The notes under the pieces: model-generated
What the model was told of the DNA's origin: nothing
The model's database searches: none
The model's input: only the letters and a program-made list of their open reading frames with translations
Made by a program: the position numbers and the translations under genes
Shown: in pieces, positions 52,842 through 64,000 of the stretch
Numbering within the stretch: position 1 is the first letter of the stretch
Layout of the letters: each line of letters opens with the position of its first letter
Source of the DNA: Rhizodiscina lignyota
Taxonomy: Eukaryota
Reading direction: 5' to 3'
Assembly: GCA_010015805.1 (NCBI GenBank)
Contig: ML978128.1
Location: forward strand, 496,001 to 560,000
Length of the DNA: 64,000 nucleotides

Positions 52842-53466
52842 TCAACCGTTCCTCCACCTCTCCCTTCCTGCTCTGTCGCCTCTGCCTTCTATCTCCCCGG
52901 CATCCTCCTCGTCGCTGCTGTCCATGAAGCCCTCTTCCAGATCCCGGCTCAGCCTCCTGTCGGAGAATTCTCCTCCCCGTCTAATTCTCTCCAACTCGCT
53001 TCTTCTCGCTTCCAACGCCTCGCGTCTCGCCGCTTCTATTCCGGACAGATTCACCAAATCTTCACCCTCGTCTTCGCCAATGATATCGTCGTCTCCGTTG
53101 TCACCTGCTCCTCGCATGCCTGATCCATCTACAACCCGAGAGCGTCTCCACCGCGCGCGTATTGAGGGTGGTAGGAAGAACGAGGCTAGCGCATCCTGGA
53201 GACGTGCCCGGAACGAATTCGTAGAGGTGGATATATTATCAAAGTCCAGCGCCGAATGTAGGGGGAGATATTGGGCGTAGCGTTGTCGGTGGCGGCGCCA
53301 GAGAGGAAGGAGGACGTATGTTAAGAGCAGGTAAAGGCTCAGAGCGAACACGGCGGGAATTAGGATTGTCTGGAATATGGCATACCAGGTCAGTATTGGA
53401 CAAAGTCCGTGAGGATGGGGCGGAGAGGGAGATAAGGGGTTGCAGCTGTACCTTGAAATTCGACAT
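52842..53466 (-). CDS. Small single-pass membrane hypothetical protein; intron 53370-53451
   Basis: MSNFK spliced to TILIPAVFALSLYLLLTYVLLPLW (TM) followed by RYAQYLP; C-terminal RLSRDLEEGFMDSSDEE. Confidence 0.75.
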
Positions 53467-54554
53467 TTTGTATGAGTATTACAAGCCAAACTCGTTTCGA
53501 AACGGAAGGTGACAAGAAATAGATGATGTGGAGGTTCTAGATATGATACTATAACGCGCAACTACGCGACGCGCTCATGGTGGAACGCTTTCCGGTCGGC
53601 CCTCTGGTAGTCCGTGGGGTCCTTCCTGGAAAACTCCCGAAGCTCCTTCTTGAAGTGATAGAAGGGAAGCTTTAGCGCCTGACTTCGGCTGCTCTAGCTG
53701 CAGTAAAAGTGTCTTCTGCAAGATCTGTCAGAAGATAATGGCTTTGTAACCTCGGAACGGACCGACAACGGCCACGCAGCTGCTACGGTGCGCGTGGTTG
53801 GTGAGTGGATGACACGAGAGCTGAATCGCCGGTAAGACCTTAGGTACGGCGGCTGCACGCAAACAGACGGGACGGCCAAAGAGGACGAAGACGCCAGGAA
53901 TAGATGTTCTGATAGCAGGACAAAGCAAGTGACAGATGCACGACGATCGAGGCAGATGGAGAATTATCAAATAGCGGATCGGTGGCAGGATGGGCGTGGT
54001 TGGCGCGCGCCTGGCGGCCTTTCGGGCGTTTTGGCCGCTGTGACGCCTGCGCTCATGCCCTGCAAGCCACTCGAGCCCCTTTGTACGCAGCAGGTGAACG
54101 GCACGTTGAGCGCGCCAGAGAGCCAGAAACATCAAGTGAAACTGCCTCCCCAGTCCATCACCATCCCGAATCCACCCCCGCCGAGCAAAAGCACGCATAC
54201 TTGCGAGCCATCGCCCAAGCCCGCGCCCTAAATTCTCCACGCCGCTCTTCATGGGTGACGGGGCCATCCGCAAGGGCGACTCCTCCCTACCTTTGTTTCA
54301 ACTTCTCGCTCACGGCGCTGAGACCGCCTCGCGTGCCCTATACCGACTTGACCGGCTCCATTAGACTTCTATAGCGGATGCTTCGCCTTGCGGGCAATCT
54401 CTAACGTCATTTCCTACCGCATAACGTCCTCCTCGGCCTCAGACGTCGACTGCCCGCGCGCCTGGGGGCAAGCCCTCCCTCATCTCCTCGCCTCCGTCAA
54501 GGCACGTCCTGGGCCTCGAAACAGACCAGGCACCGCACAAACAGTGGCCTAGTC

Positions 54555-57500
54555 ATGCCCAGCAGCGTGTCGCAAGATGCCAAATCGAGACAGTCGTCAG
54601 GCGGGAAATCTTTCTTCTCGCGCTCGCGTTACAGAGCAGACACAAACGACAAACCTCTCCCCGACTCTCCAGCCAGCAGTGTGGGCTACAGCGTAGCAGG
54701 CTCGCAATCCTCACGACACTCGCGCAAAGACTCCGTGGGAGGAAGCGGACGGCCGGGGTCACCGGACGAAGGGGTTGGTCTGAATCAACAAGCGGGAATA
54801 ATAACGTCAATACCATACGATAGCGTGGCAGGCCGGAGCTCACCAACAAAGGTTGAATACCTCCCGAAAGACGACGAGCGGCCTTCCTCGCGTAAAACAC
54901 CGGGACAGATACAGCCACATCACCTAAATAAATCAAACCACGACTACCACCAATATCCTGCAATAATGGCGCCAAATGGCAGTGTCACGGGACCGCGTGC
55001 AGCGCCACAGACATCAAGAGATGGCTATTCGAATAGTAGTGGTGCCAGCGACCGCACAATGACCATGTCCAGCCAGCATTCTGGCAGAGGCGTCAGCGCC
55101 ATGAATGGTACCATGACCTCTGGTGGCAGTTATGGGTACAATTATGCGGCAACCAACAGCTCAGCATACTTTTCCAGCTTCTCCGGGGACTCTTCGAATC
55201 CACGGACATCCTCGGACCAAGCGAGTATACAATCTAATCATTCCGCAGGACGCCAGAGCAGTATACATTCTGTCCACCCGAACCAATCTCAAACAACCAT
55301 CTCATCCGCTAATTCAGATTCGAACCGGCACACTCTATTACCGACATACTCGAATACAGACCCTAGACAATCCCACTATCACAGCGGTTATGCCACCAGC
55401 GGCTACGCCACTCCTTCTACGCCTACATTCCAACCCGACTATCTTACACGGCCTGCAGACGACCGAATTGTAGAGCGGGAGTTCTTGACATTGATGCAGA
55501 AGCGAGGATGGGAAAAGATGCCGGAACAAGCGAAGCGGCAGATGGCGGCCTATCCCATCGAGAAGAAGTGGATGCTCGTGCATCAGGACAGGCTGAGCGA
55601 ATTCAAGAATGAGCAGTCGAGACGGAAACGTGCAACACAAGCCAGCTACTATGAAGGAGGTGGTCAAGGGCTGTTGGACAAGAGCCAGGAGGAGGGAACT
55701 CCAGAGTGGTATGTGAGGAAAGTCATGGACAACAGCATCACCGCCAAGCAGTTGCAGTCTCTGTCTGTTTCGCTGCGCACGCAGCCAATCGGATGGGTGA
55801 AGGGCTTTGTAGAAGCACAGGGCCAAATCGCGCTCACAAATGTCCTCGCAAAGATTAATCGACGACAAGGCCAAGGCCCTGCACCGCCGTCTGGAGGCAC
55901 CAATACCATGGACAAAGATCTGGATCGCGAATACGACATTGTGAAATGTCTCAAAGCGCTCATGAACAACAAGTATGGCGCGGACAACGCGCTCTCACAT
56001 TCAAGCATAGTCACTGCACTTGCCGCTTCTCTCATCTCACCACGACTCAATACCAGGAAACTGGTCAGCGAAGTCCTCACGTTCCTCTGTCACTGGGCCG
56101 ATGGGAAGGGTCACCAGAAAGTCCTCCAAGCCATGGACCATCTCAAGGCTCAGCAAGGCGAGAATGGGAGATTTGATGCTTGGATGCGTATTGTTGAAGT
56201 CACCGTCGATGGCCGTGGCAAGCTGGGCAGTCTTGTTGGTGCGAGCGATGAAGTGCGCAGCGGTGGCATTGGAGTGGAGAATCTGCTCATGGAATATGCT
56301 GTGGCGACGCTATTCCTCGTCAACATGGTGGTCGATGCAGCAGAGAGCCCAAAAGATTTGCAATTGAGATGCCATATAAGAGCACAGTTCACGGCATGCG
56401 GGATCAAGAGGATCTTGACGAAGATGGAAGACTTCCAATACGAGGTCATTAACAAGCAGGTTGAACGGTATCGCACAAACGAAGCGATCGACTACGAGGA
56501 CCTGCTGGAACGAGAGAATAGCAGTATCGTGGACAGCGTAGAAGGCGAGGTGAAGGATCTGAACGATCCAGTCCAAATTGCCGACGCGATCCTCAGCAAA
56601 GTCAGGAATACGAGGGCGAACGACTACTTCCTCAGCGCGATGCAGCACTTGCTGCTCATCCGGGACAATGAAAGTGAAGACCGGCTGAGACTGTTTCAGC
56701 TGGTGGACGCGATGATGAGCTACGTTGCAATGGACCGGAGATTACCGGACATGGACCTCAAACAAAGCCTGAACTTTACTGTGCAAAGTCTTCTGGACAA
56801 GCTATATACGGACAGCGAAGCACGGCAAGCGCGCGATGAGGCACTCGAGGCAAGGCAGCTTGCCGATAGTGCACTCGCGGAAAGAGATGAGATGCGCATC
56901 AAAGTCGAGCTTGGCGCGGATGGCTTGGTCAAGAAGCTGCAGAAGCAAATCGAGGAGCAGCAACAGATCATCGAACTCAGAGGCAGACAGAATGACGTGC
57001 TCAAGTCGGAACTGGCAGAACTGCAGCGCATACGGGCGCAAGAGTTGCAACGGAACGAACTTGAGACGAGAGAGCTCTACCTCATGCTGCGCGAAGCGAA
57101 TGATGCTGCCAACTCCAGCGCAAAGGCCGTAGGCAAGGAGGGCGTCGATCCCGCAAAGGAACGTGGTATCTTGGATCGCGAGAGGCTCATGGAGAAGCTT
57201 GCCATTCAACTTGAACGTGCGAAGACGCAGTCCAAGCTTGAAGGTAAGGTGTGGATGCAGGCTGCCCCGTCCGACAAGCTGCGTGAGCTCCGTGAGAAGA
57301 TGGACGGCCAGGAGGGAGAGTCAGAAGACTACGCCCATTTGGGCACCCAGTATCTTGGCACTTCGCGTGCAAAGAGTGGAATGGTGCGCCGCAAACCAAT
57401 TGGAGCGCAAGCTGGAGCGGAACTGTCTCCAGCAGAAGGCGAGGAAGATGAAGATGCTGAGGTGTATGAGAAAGCCAGGGTGGTGGAGGTCAAGAGACCC

Positions 57501-60189
57501 AAGATACCTGCCGATCAGAAAGCTGGTCTGCTCGGCGAGATTGCAGCCAAGGTCAGGCGGTACGACAGCGACGAAGAGGATGTGGAAGGCGACGGCGTTA
57601 CTACCGGCCCAACGCATCCAAGCATTGAGTCTGACTCGCCGAAGACACCAGCTGATGAGAAGTTCGAAGCTGCACAAGGGCAGCCGAAGTTACCTGGCTT
57701 TGCGAATGGAGCGCCTCCTCCCCCACCACCTCCTCCTCCTCCCGGACAACAAGGCTTCGATGGTGCTGCCCCGCCTCCGCCACCACCATTACCCGGCTTC
57801 AAAACTGGTGCTCCGCCGCCGCCTCCACCACCACCGCTACCTGGCTTCAAGCCTGGCAGCGGACCTCCTCCACCTCCGCCTCCCATGGCTCCACCATTAC
57901 CAGGGGGAAAGAAAGGTGGTTTCCTTGCATCACCCACCGACTTCCCAACTCCTCCATCTATGCACTTGCCTGTTGCTAGGCCGAACAAGAAACTCAAGGC
58001 ACTCCATTGGGAGAAGGTTGACACGCCACATGTCACAATGTGGGCTGCGCACACGCCGACATTGGAAGACAAGGAAGAGAAATACTCGGAACTGAAGAGA
58101 AAGGGTGTGTTGGATGAAGTTGAGAAACTTTTCATGGCGAAAGAGATCAAGGCTCTCGGCGCTGGAGGCAGGAAGGGCGTCAAAGAGAAGAAGCAGATCA
58201 TCAGCAGCGACCTGCGCAAAGCGTACCACATCGCCTTTTCCAAGTTCTCGCAGACATCGTCGGATGAGATTGTGAGGAAGATTATTCACTGCGATACTAG
58301 CATCCTGAGCAACGATGTTGTTCTGGACTTCCTTCAGAAGGACGACCTTGTCAACATCCCGGACAACACGGCGAAACTCATGGCACCGTATTCTATCGAC
58401 TGGGAAGGCGCAGACGCACGCACCTCAGCTCGCGAGCAAGATCCAGAGGAACTCACCAGAGAAGATCAAATCTTCCTCTACACCGCCTTCGAACTCCGCC
58501 ACTACTGGAAGTCGCGTATGCGCGCTCTCAGCCTCACACACACCTACGAAGCCGAGTATGACGAGATCAGCTCTAAGCTCAAGGAAGTTGTCCGCGTGTC
58601 CGAATCCCTCCGCGACTCAGTCAACCTCATGAACGTCCTCGGCCTCATCCTCGATATCGGCAACTACATGAACGACTCGAACAAGCAGGCCACCGGCTTC
58701 AAGCTCAGCTCGCTCGCCCGCCTGGGCATGGTCAAGGACGACAAGAACGAGTCGACGTTCGCCGACCTCGTCGAGCGCATCGTGCGCAACCAGTACGGCG
58801 AGTGGGAGTCGTTCGTCGAGGAGATTGGCGGCGTCGTCGCGGCGCAGAAGCTCAATGTCGAGCAGCTCACGCTCGACGCGAAGAAGTACATCGATAACAT
58901 CCGCAACGTGCAGCAGAGCCTTGACGCGGGTAACCTGAGCGACCCGAAGAAGTTCCATCCGGAGGATCGGGTGAGTGTTATTGTGCAGAGGAGCATGAAG
59001 GACGCGAGGTGGAAGGCGGAGCAGATGAAGCTGTATCTGGATGAGATGGTCAAGTCGTATGACGATATCATGGTGTTCTACGGTGAGGATCCGCAGGATG
59101 AGATGAGTAGGAGGGAGTTCTTTGCTAAGTTGGCGATGTTTGTTACCGAGTGGAAGGTATGTTATCCCCATTTCGCGTTGATGAAAGGCCTAGTATCTCT
59201 CGAGAGGGAATTGCTTGCGAGATACTGGCTCTTTCATACTTGTACAGAAAGAATTGTGAAACTTACTGTGACTACAGAAATCAAGAGAAAAGAACGTAAC
59301 AATGGAAGACCTCAGACGCCGCAACCAGGCCTCCATGGCCCGCAAAGCTGCGCTTACAGCTGGTTCCGCTGCACTTACGAATGGTACGGATACCCCACCG
59401 AGCCCAGGCGCGACACAAACTGGTGCTATGGACACGTTACTCGCGAAGCTGCGTGCTGCGGCGCCTGAAGCAAAAGATCAACGTGATAGAAGGAGACGAG
59501 CAAGACTCAAGGATCGTCACGCCGTCAGAGTGGCGAGTGGGCAGAAGATACCGGACATCAGTATCAAGGGAGAAGAGAACATCGAGGCTTCGCTTTTGAG
59601 TCCGAATAGCGAGGCCGGAGGAAGTGAAAGCGGCACCACGAGTGGAATAGTTAGCCCATCGCTTAATGGCGATGGAGAGGGAAGCGTGGATGGTGAGGGA
59701 GCCGTCGATGCCGATGTCGCTGATCGGGCAGCGAGCCTGCTACAAGGGCTCAGGAGCGGCGAGGTTAGCGAGACACCAGAGGATGTCCTACGCGTGAGAA
59801 GAAGGAGAGAAAGTGCAGATGAAGAAAGAGCGAGAAGAAGGAGGAGAAGACAGCAAGGCGCGAGCGATCAAAGTGTCGGGTCGTCCACATCGGCAGCTGG
59901 GCTGATGAGTCCTACGGCAATACAAGAAGAAGCGGAAGCGGAGGACGCGAGCACGGCAGACGGGGAGGGTGATGCGACTATCCTCGCAGATGAAGCGAGG
60001 CCACCACCAGTAGACGTGGAGATGTCCCCGCCGCCATCGCAACACGGCGAAATGCCGCTCACACCGGTCACGATCGTCAGCCCACCGAGTCCAGCGGGAA
60101 GCTCACGGATAGGTGACGCGGATGACGTCAAAGACGCGGAAGGGTTAGGCCTAGCGTCACCACCGAAATCGACGGCCAAAGAAGGGTAA
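54555..60189 (+). CDS. sepA: Formin SepA/Bni1 (GBD/FH3, coiled coil, FH1, FH2, DAD); intron 59157-59277
   Basis: SLRTQPIGWV; poly-Pro FH1; KLKALHWEKV; LDIGNYMND..A.GFKL; DAD MDTLLAKLR followed by RRRARL. Confidence 0.97.
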
Positions 60190-60964
60190 TGGGGTGTGGT
60201 GGAATGTAATATTATGTTATGCGTATGCCGAGCTTCTTATTCACCTTGTAATCTTCAGCCTGAGCGATTTCTCTCTTTCTCTTCGTCGAGCGGTGGCTGT
60301 CTCAGGAGACCATTTTCATTTTCTCACCGGGCTCTGGCTGTCTGATGAGACCTTTCAAGATCGTCGAAGAACGCATTTGGATTTCAGCATCGGAGTGGAC
60401 GGTGTCCTGATACCTTTATTCTTGGGTGGATAGCCCTGTTCATGGCGCTAGTCTGCTGGCGCAGGCTTGGGAAGGCGATGTGTTTGGTATAGCTTTTCAC
60501 ATTCAATATCCCGTCGTCTGGCGAGTGACCCTCGTTGACGACGACTTCGAAGCCGAATCTCTTTTCTCGCAGAGTGAAATGGAAGCACCATTTTTCTCAG
60601 CTTCATGCTCCGCCCTTCTCTGTCGCTGCAATAGTTCATGGCCCGAAGGAGCCACAAATCAACTCGATCTTCTCATGTGAACCTATTCCCACTGGCAACT
60701 CCGCTACTTAAGCACTTTCTTCTGCCTGTTACCTTTCTCTCCTCTACATCTCACTCTGCCCATAGTGGAAGATATCTATTCACAATCAGAGCCCTTCCAC
60801 AGAGCGGCCCAGCTATTTAACGCTGCTTCTTGCCCCAATCTTCCCTCCTTCAACCATCTCACTCCGGGGCTTCACTTCATCGGCCACCTCTGCTTATCTC
60901 GTCCCAAGGTAATTGGCTTCCATTTCACTCACTCTGCCTACTCAGGGCCCTAGTCATCTTCAAG

Positions 60965-62705
60965 ATGAAGCAAGCAGGTGGAATCGAGGCGTATATCATG
61001 GCTCTTCCCAGCAAAAAAGCTTGCATCGAATATGCCTCACTTGATCCCGACATGCGTGCTGCCGAGCTCATTCAACGCAATAACGAGGTCTTTATCGAAG
61101 CTACCCCAGGAACGAGCTATTCACTTTGGATAAGGATCACTCCGGACTTTCCGACCTACTTCTATGGCTGCCTGATGATCGTCGCGCAATTCGACAAGCA
61201 TACTCCCATCAAGAGGGTCATTGACCTGGATAGAATACGGGAAAAGAAAGGAAAAGATTGTCGTATCCCAGTGAAGACTGATCACATTACACACGAGGTG
61301 AATGGAGCGTTTGTGACGGAGGATCTCGTCTTTGGAGACGTCCCTACTGGTAAGTCTTACCATTGAGTGTAACGAAGATGCGTGCTGACCGTTATATTAG
61401 ACGGAGATATATGGTCGCACGGAGGCAACGTTGAGATGGAAGTTAAAGACGTGACAGCAATCGGTCGGATCAGAGTCGAAGCTCGACGTGTAAAGCTGAT
61501 TTTCAACGAGGGATCTGATAAGCCCCAGGTTGTCCCCAAGCCTGGGATGCAGGGGCAACCGTACATCTTTACCTTCTGGTACCGAACATCCAGTAAGTTG
61601 ATCCCATACCATATCCGGCCACGTGCTAATTACATATTCTGCAGTGGCTCTTCGGCAATTGGGTGTCATTCCTCTCACGCCCGCCATCAGCGCGCCGGAA
61701 AGCGGAAACGGAGTTGCCTCTAATGCGGCATCGGTCAAGAGCGAGGCCAATAGTCAAAATAACAACGCATCTACTGTTCTCCCGACGACCGAGACCAACG
61801 ACAACGACGATCGATCAGCTCCCAGTGTTGGGAATACTCCAGTTCCCGCGGACGTGCCCCTCGAGAGGGATCAGACTCAGCCTTTGCAACTCTCTGCTGC
61901 TGCTGACGTGCCTGTCGAGAGACGACAAGTCCCGCCTTTGCAAGACTCTACTCGCGCCGATACACCCGTACAGAGAAGTCAGGCTCTGACGCTGCCTGGC
62001 TCTGCTTCCGCTGACGTGCCTGTCGAGAGACGACAAGCTCCGCCTTTGCTGGATTCTGTTCCCGCCAATGTGCCCGATGAAAGGGGCCAGGCTCCGACAC
62101 TGCAGGACTCTCTTCCCGCCGTTGTGCCTGCGGAGAGAAGCCAAGCACTGACACCCTCGCACTCTGTTCCTGCCGATGTACCTGTGGAGAGGAGTCAAGT
62201 TTTGACCGTGCCAACCGCTGGTTCTAGTCACAATCAACCAGATCCAGAAGCCGACACCCGCGTCTCGCGAAAGAGGCCCAGGCCCAGCGACACCAATACA
62301 AATACTGGTCCAGAACCACGCAGACAGCGCCGAGCAGTTGAACACAACGTTGAAGTTAACAAGCCGCAGAATAACAACCGTCAAGTTATTGCAACTCCTG
62401 GCACTCGCGAGAATGGTGCGCGAGCAACATCCACCCCAACTGTTGGAGGCAGCAACTTCGAAATCGAAGACGAGGAAGACCTACACAGGGCACTGCGCCT
62501 GAAGACGCTGGATCAAGACAAGATCATACTGGAGCAGCAGAAAGGCAGACGTGCGCAGATAATCGAGGAGATTGGCCAGACGAACGATACGCTCCAGCAG
62601 CGGAGAATCGACATCGAGAAGGAGAAAGTGAAGATCTACCAGTTGTTCAAAGCGAAGCAAAAGGCGAAGCGTGCTGCCAATGCGCAGGCTTTGGTGTTTG
62701 CATAA
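60965..62705 (+). CDS. Hypothetical protein: N-terminal beta domain (DUF7918-like), internal 20-aa repeats, C-terminal coiled coil; introns 61350-61400 and 61593-61644
   Basis: EY...FIEATPG; LVFGD; IGRIRVEARR; PYIFTFWYRT..ALRQLGVIP pattern; canonical splice sites keep frame. Confidence 0.7.
61840..62212 (+). repeat. Coding 60-bp (20-aa) tandem repeat, about 6 copies
   Basis: Units PADVPLERDQTQPLQLSA / AADVPVERRQVPPLQDST / ... / PADVPVERSQVLTVP. Confidence 0.88.
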
Positions 62706-64000
62706 ACGACCCTCCCTTTTTGGCAGAAAGGACAATACTTTCCGAAAGTCGACCAGATTGTTTTGGAGCAGTTGACGGGATTTAGGCGATGGACTGACAA
62801 CTTGCGGTTGAAACACAGATACTACCACAAGAAGGACGAAGAAATGTGCTTCCGGGCAATTGGGTGAATGGTTTTGGAGCAGCTTGCTGCCCTCGGGGAG
62901 TAAACTGGACGACTTAGTGGATATGGCCAATTGCTTGGGTTTCACCTAAACAAGAAATGCAAGTATTTAGATGTGGGGTAGGAACTGACTCAAATGGATC
63001 TTTTGCTGGTTGGCTAATAGTACTTCCCATAGAGAGGCTTTCTTCACTCATGCTTGCATATATTTGGTCAGGTACAAGGCATCTGGAAAATGTATCAAAT
63101 ATACTCAGGCAGTTGGTACAAAAGGGCTTGAGAATGTTGACTTTATTCAAATTTGCGTTCTCAAATGTGCTGTGACAATAGCTAACCCAAATTGCACTGT
63201 GTTGCCAAGCTTCAGTTCGCTATTAGCAGAAGCGTCAAACATCAATTCGCGTGTGTTTACCGAGCTTCAATTCACTGGAGCCAGAAAAATCAAATACCGC
63301 TTGCTGCATGTTTGCTGAGCTGCGATTCGCTCAAGCTAGAATCCTCAACGCTTATTGTCTGCGTGCGTATCAAGCGTCAACTAGCTGATGTCGGGCGAAT
63401 TGAACAGTAACTCTCATATATTTACAGAGCGTCGATATATCTGTTTCCGGGGTCCGCTCAGACGACACCAGGAGACTTAGCGAGATATCACTATTTCCAG
63501 ATCGAGTTAGCAATGATGTTTTCACAGTATACAATCAAACACCTTCTTATCACTATCTCCTAAAGACAGCCTGGGTATTCCGATCTCCAGCTATGTTTAC
63601 AGCTTCAATCCGTCTACGCCAGACGCGTTAAGCACGCGTTTTCACGTGTTGCTCGAGCAATGATGTAAACAAACCTAGAGTTCGCTCATGTGCCTTGAGA
63701 CGACTTGGGAATTTATCACATGACGTAAATGGCACACTGTTCGTGAGAAAGACGCGGTAAAATTGAAACTTTTATTGGTACAGGTCATGCTATGCTTGAT
63801 CAATGGGTATCAAACCCCGAAACGCCGTCAAAAACCCACCCCCACCCCACCCAGGACCGGCCACCCCATCCGTCATCCAGACATTTTGATTGCTCGTGCA
63901 ATCACTTCGCCGCCGAGAGCTCATTTGTCGGTCGCATTAGAATCTGTATCTAAGAGAGCCTATAAGATGGTTATCCAGTTCCAACAGCGTTGTCAGGGTC

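Noticed and set aside
63900..64000. Possible terminal exon of a minus-strand gene continuing beyond the window
   Set aside because: A branch-like site and TAG are visible, but the exon is too short to assign a frame or product.

Overview
Eukaryotic DNA from a filamentous ascomycete (Pezizomycotina; short GT..AG introns with CTAAC/CTGAC branch sites, about 25 genes in 64 kb). Recognisable conserved genes: Ebp1/AFF-like elongation factor, ORC5, XRCC4-like, Byr4/Bfa1, ketopantoate reductase family, peroxisomal enoyl-CoA isomerase, KDM4/Rph1 JmjC demethylase, flavin reductase-like, Ish1/Msc1, mitochondrial enoyl reductase ETR1, 6-phosphofructokinase, DHH (RecJ-like) phosphoesterase, NAD-formate dehydrogenase and the formin SepA. 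Two accessory-looking islands interrupt the core genes. The first (~25.3-29.3 kb) holds a disrupted secreted Thr-rich protein gene and a HET-type pseudogene. The second (~42.4-46.8 kb) holds an orphan gene with an inverted degenerate paralog, a G/T-only tract, an indel-free 110-bp tandem array and a 165-bp repeat family. The most notable observations are this double repeat array, an in-frame first intron of FDH that encodes a mitochondrial presequence-like peptide, and a RecJ-like DHH protein with NLS-like and PIP-box-like motifs. All family calls come from motif recognition by eye; no database searches were run.
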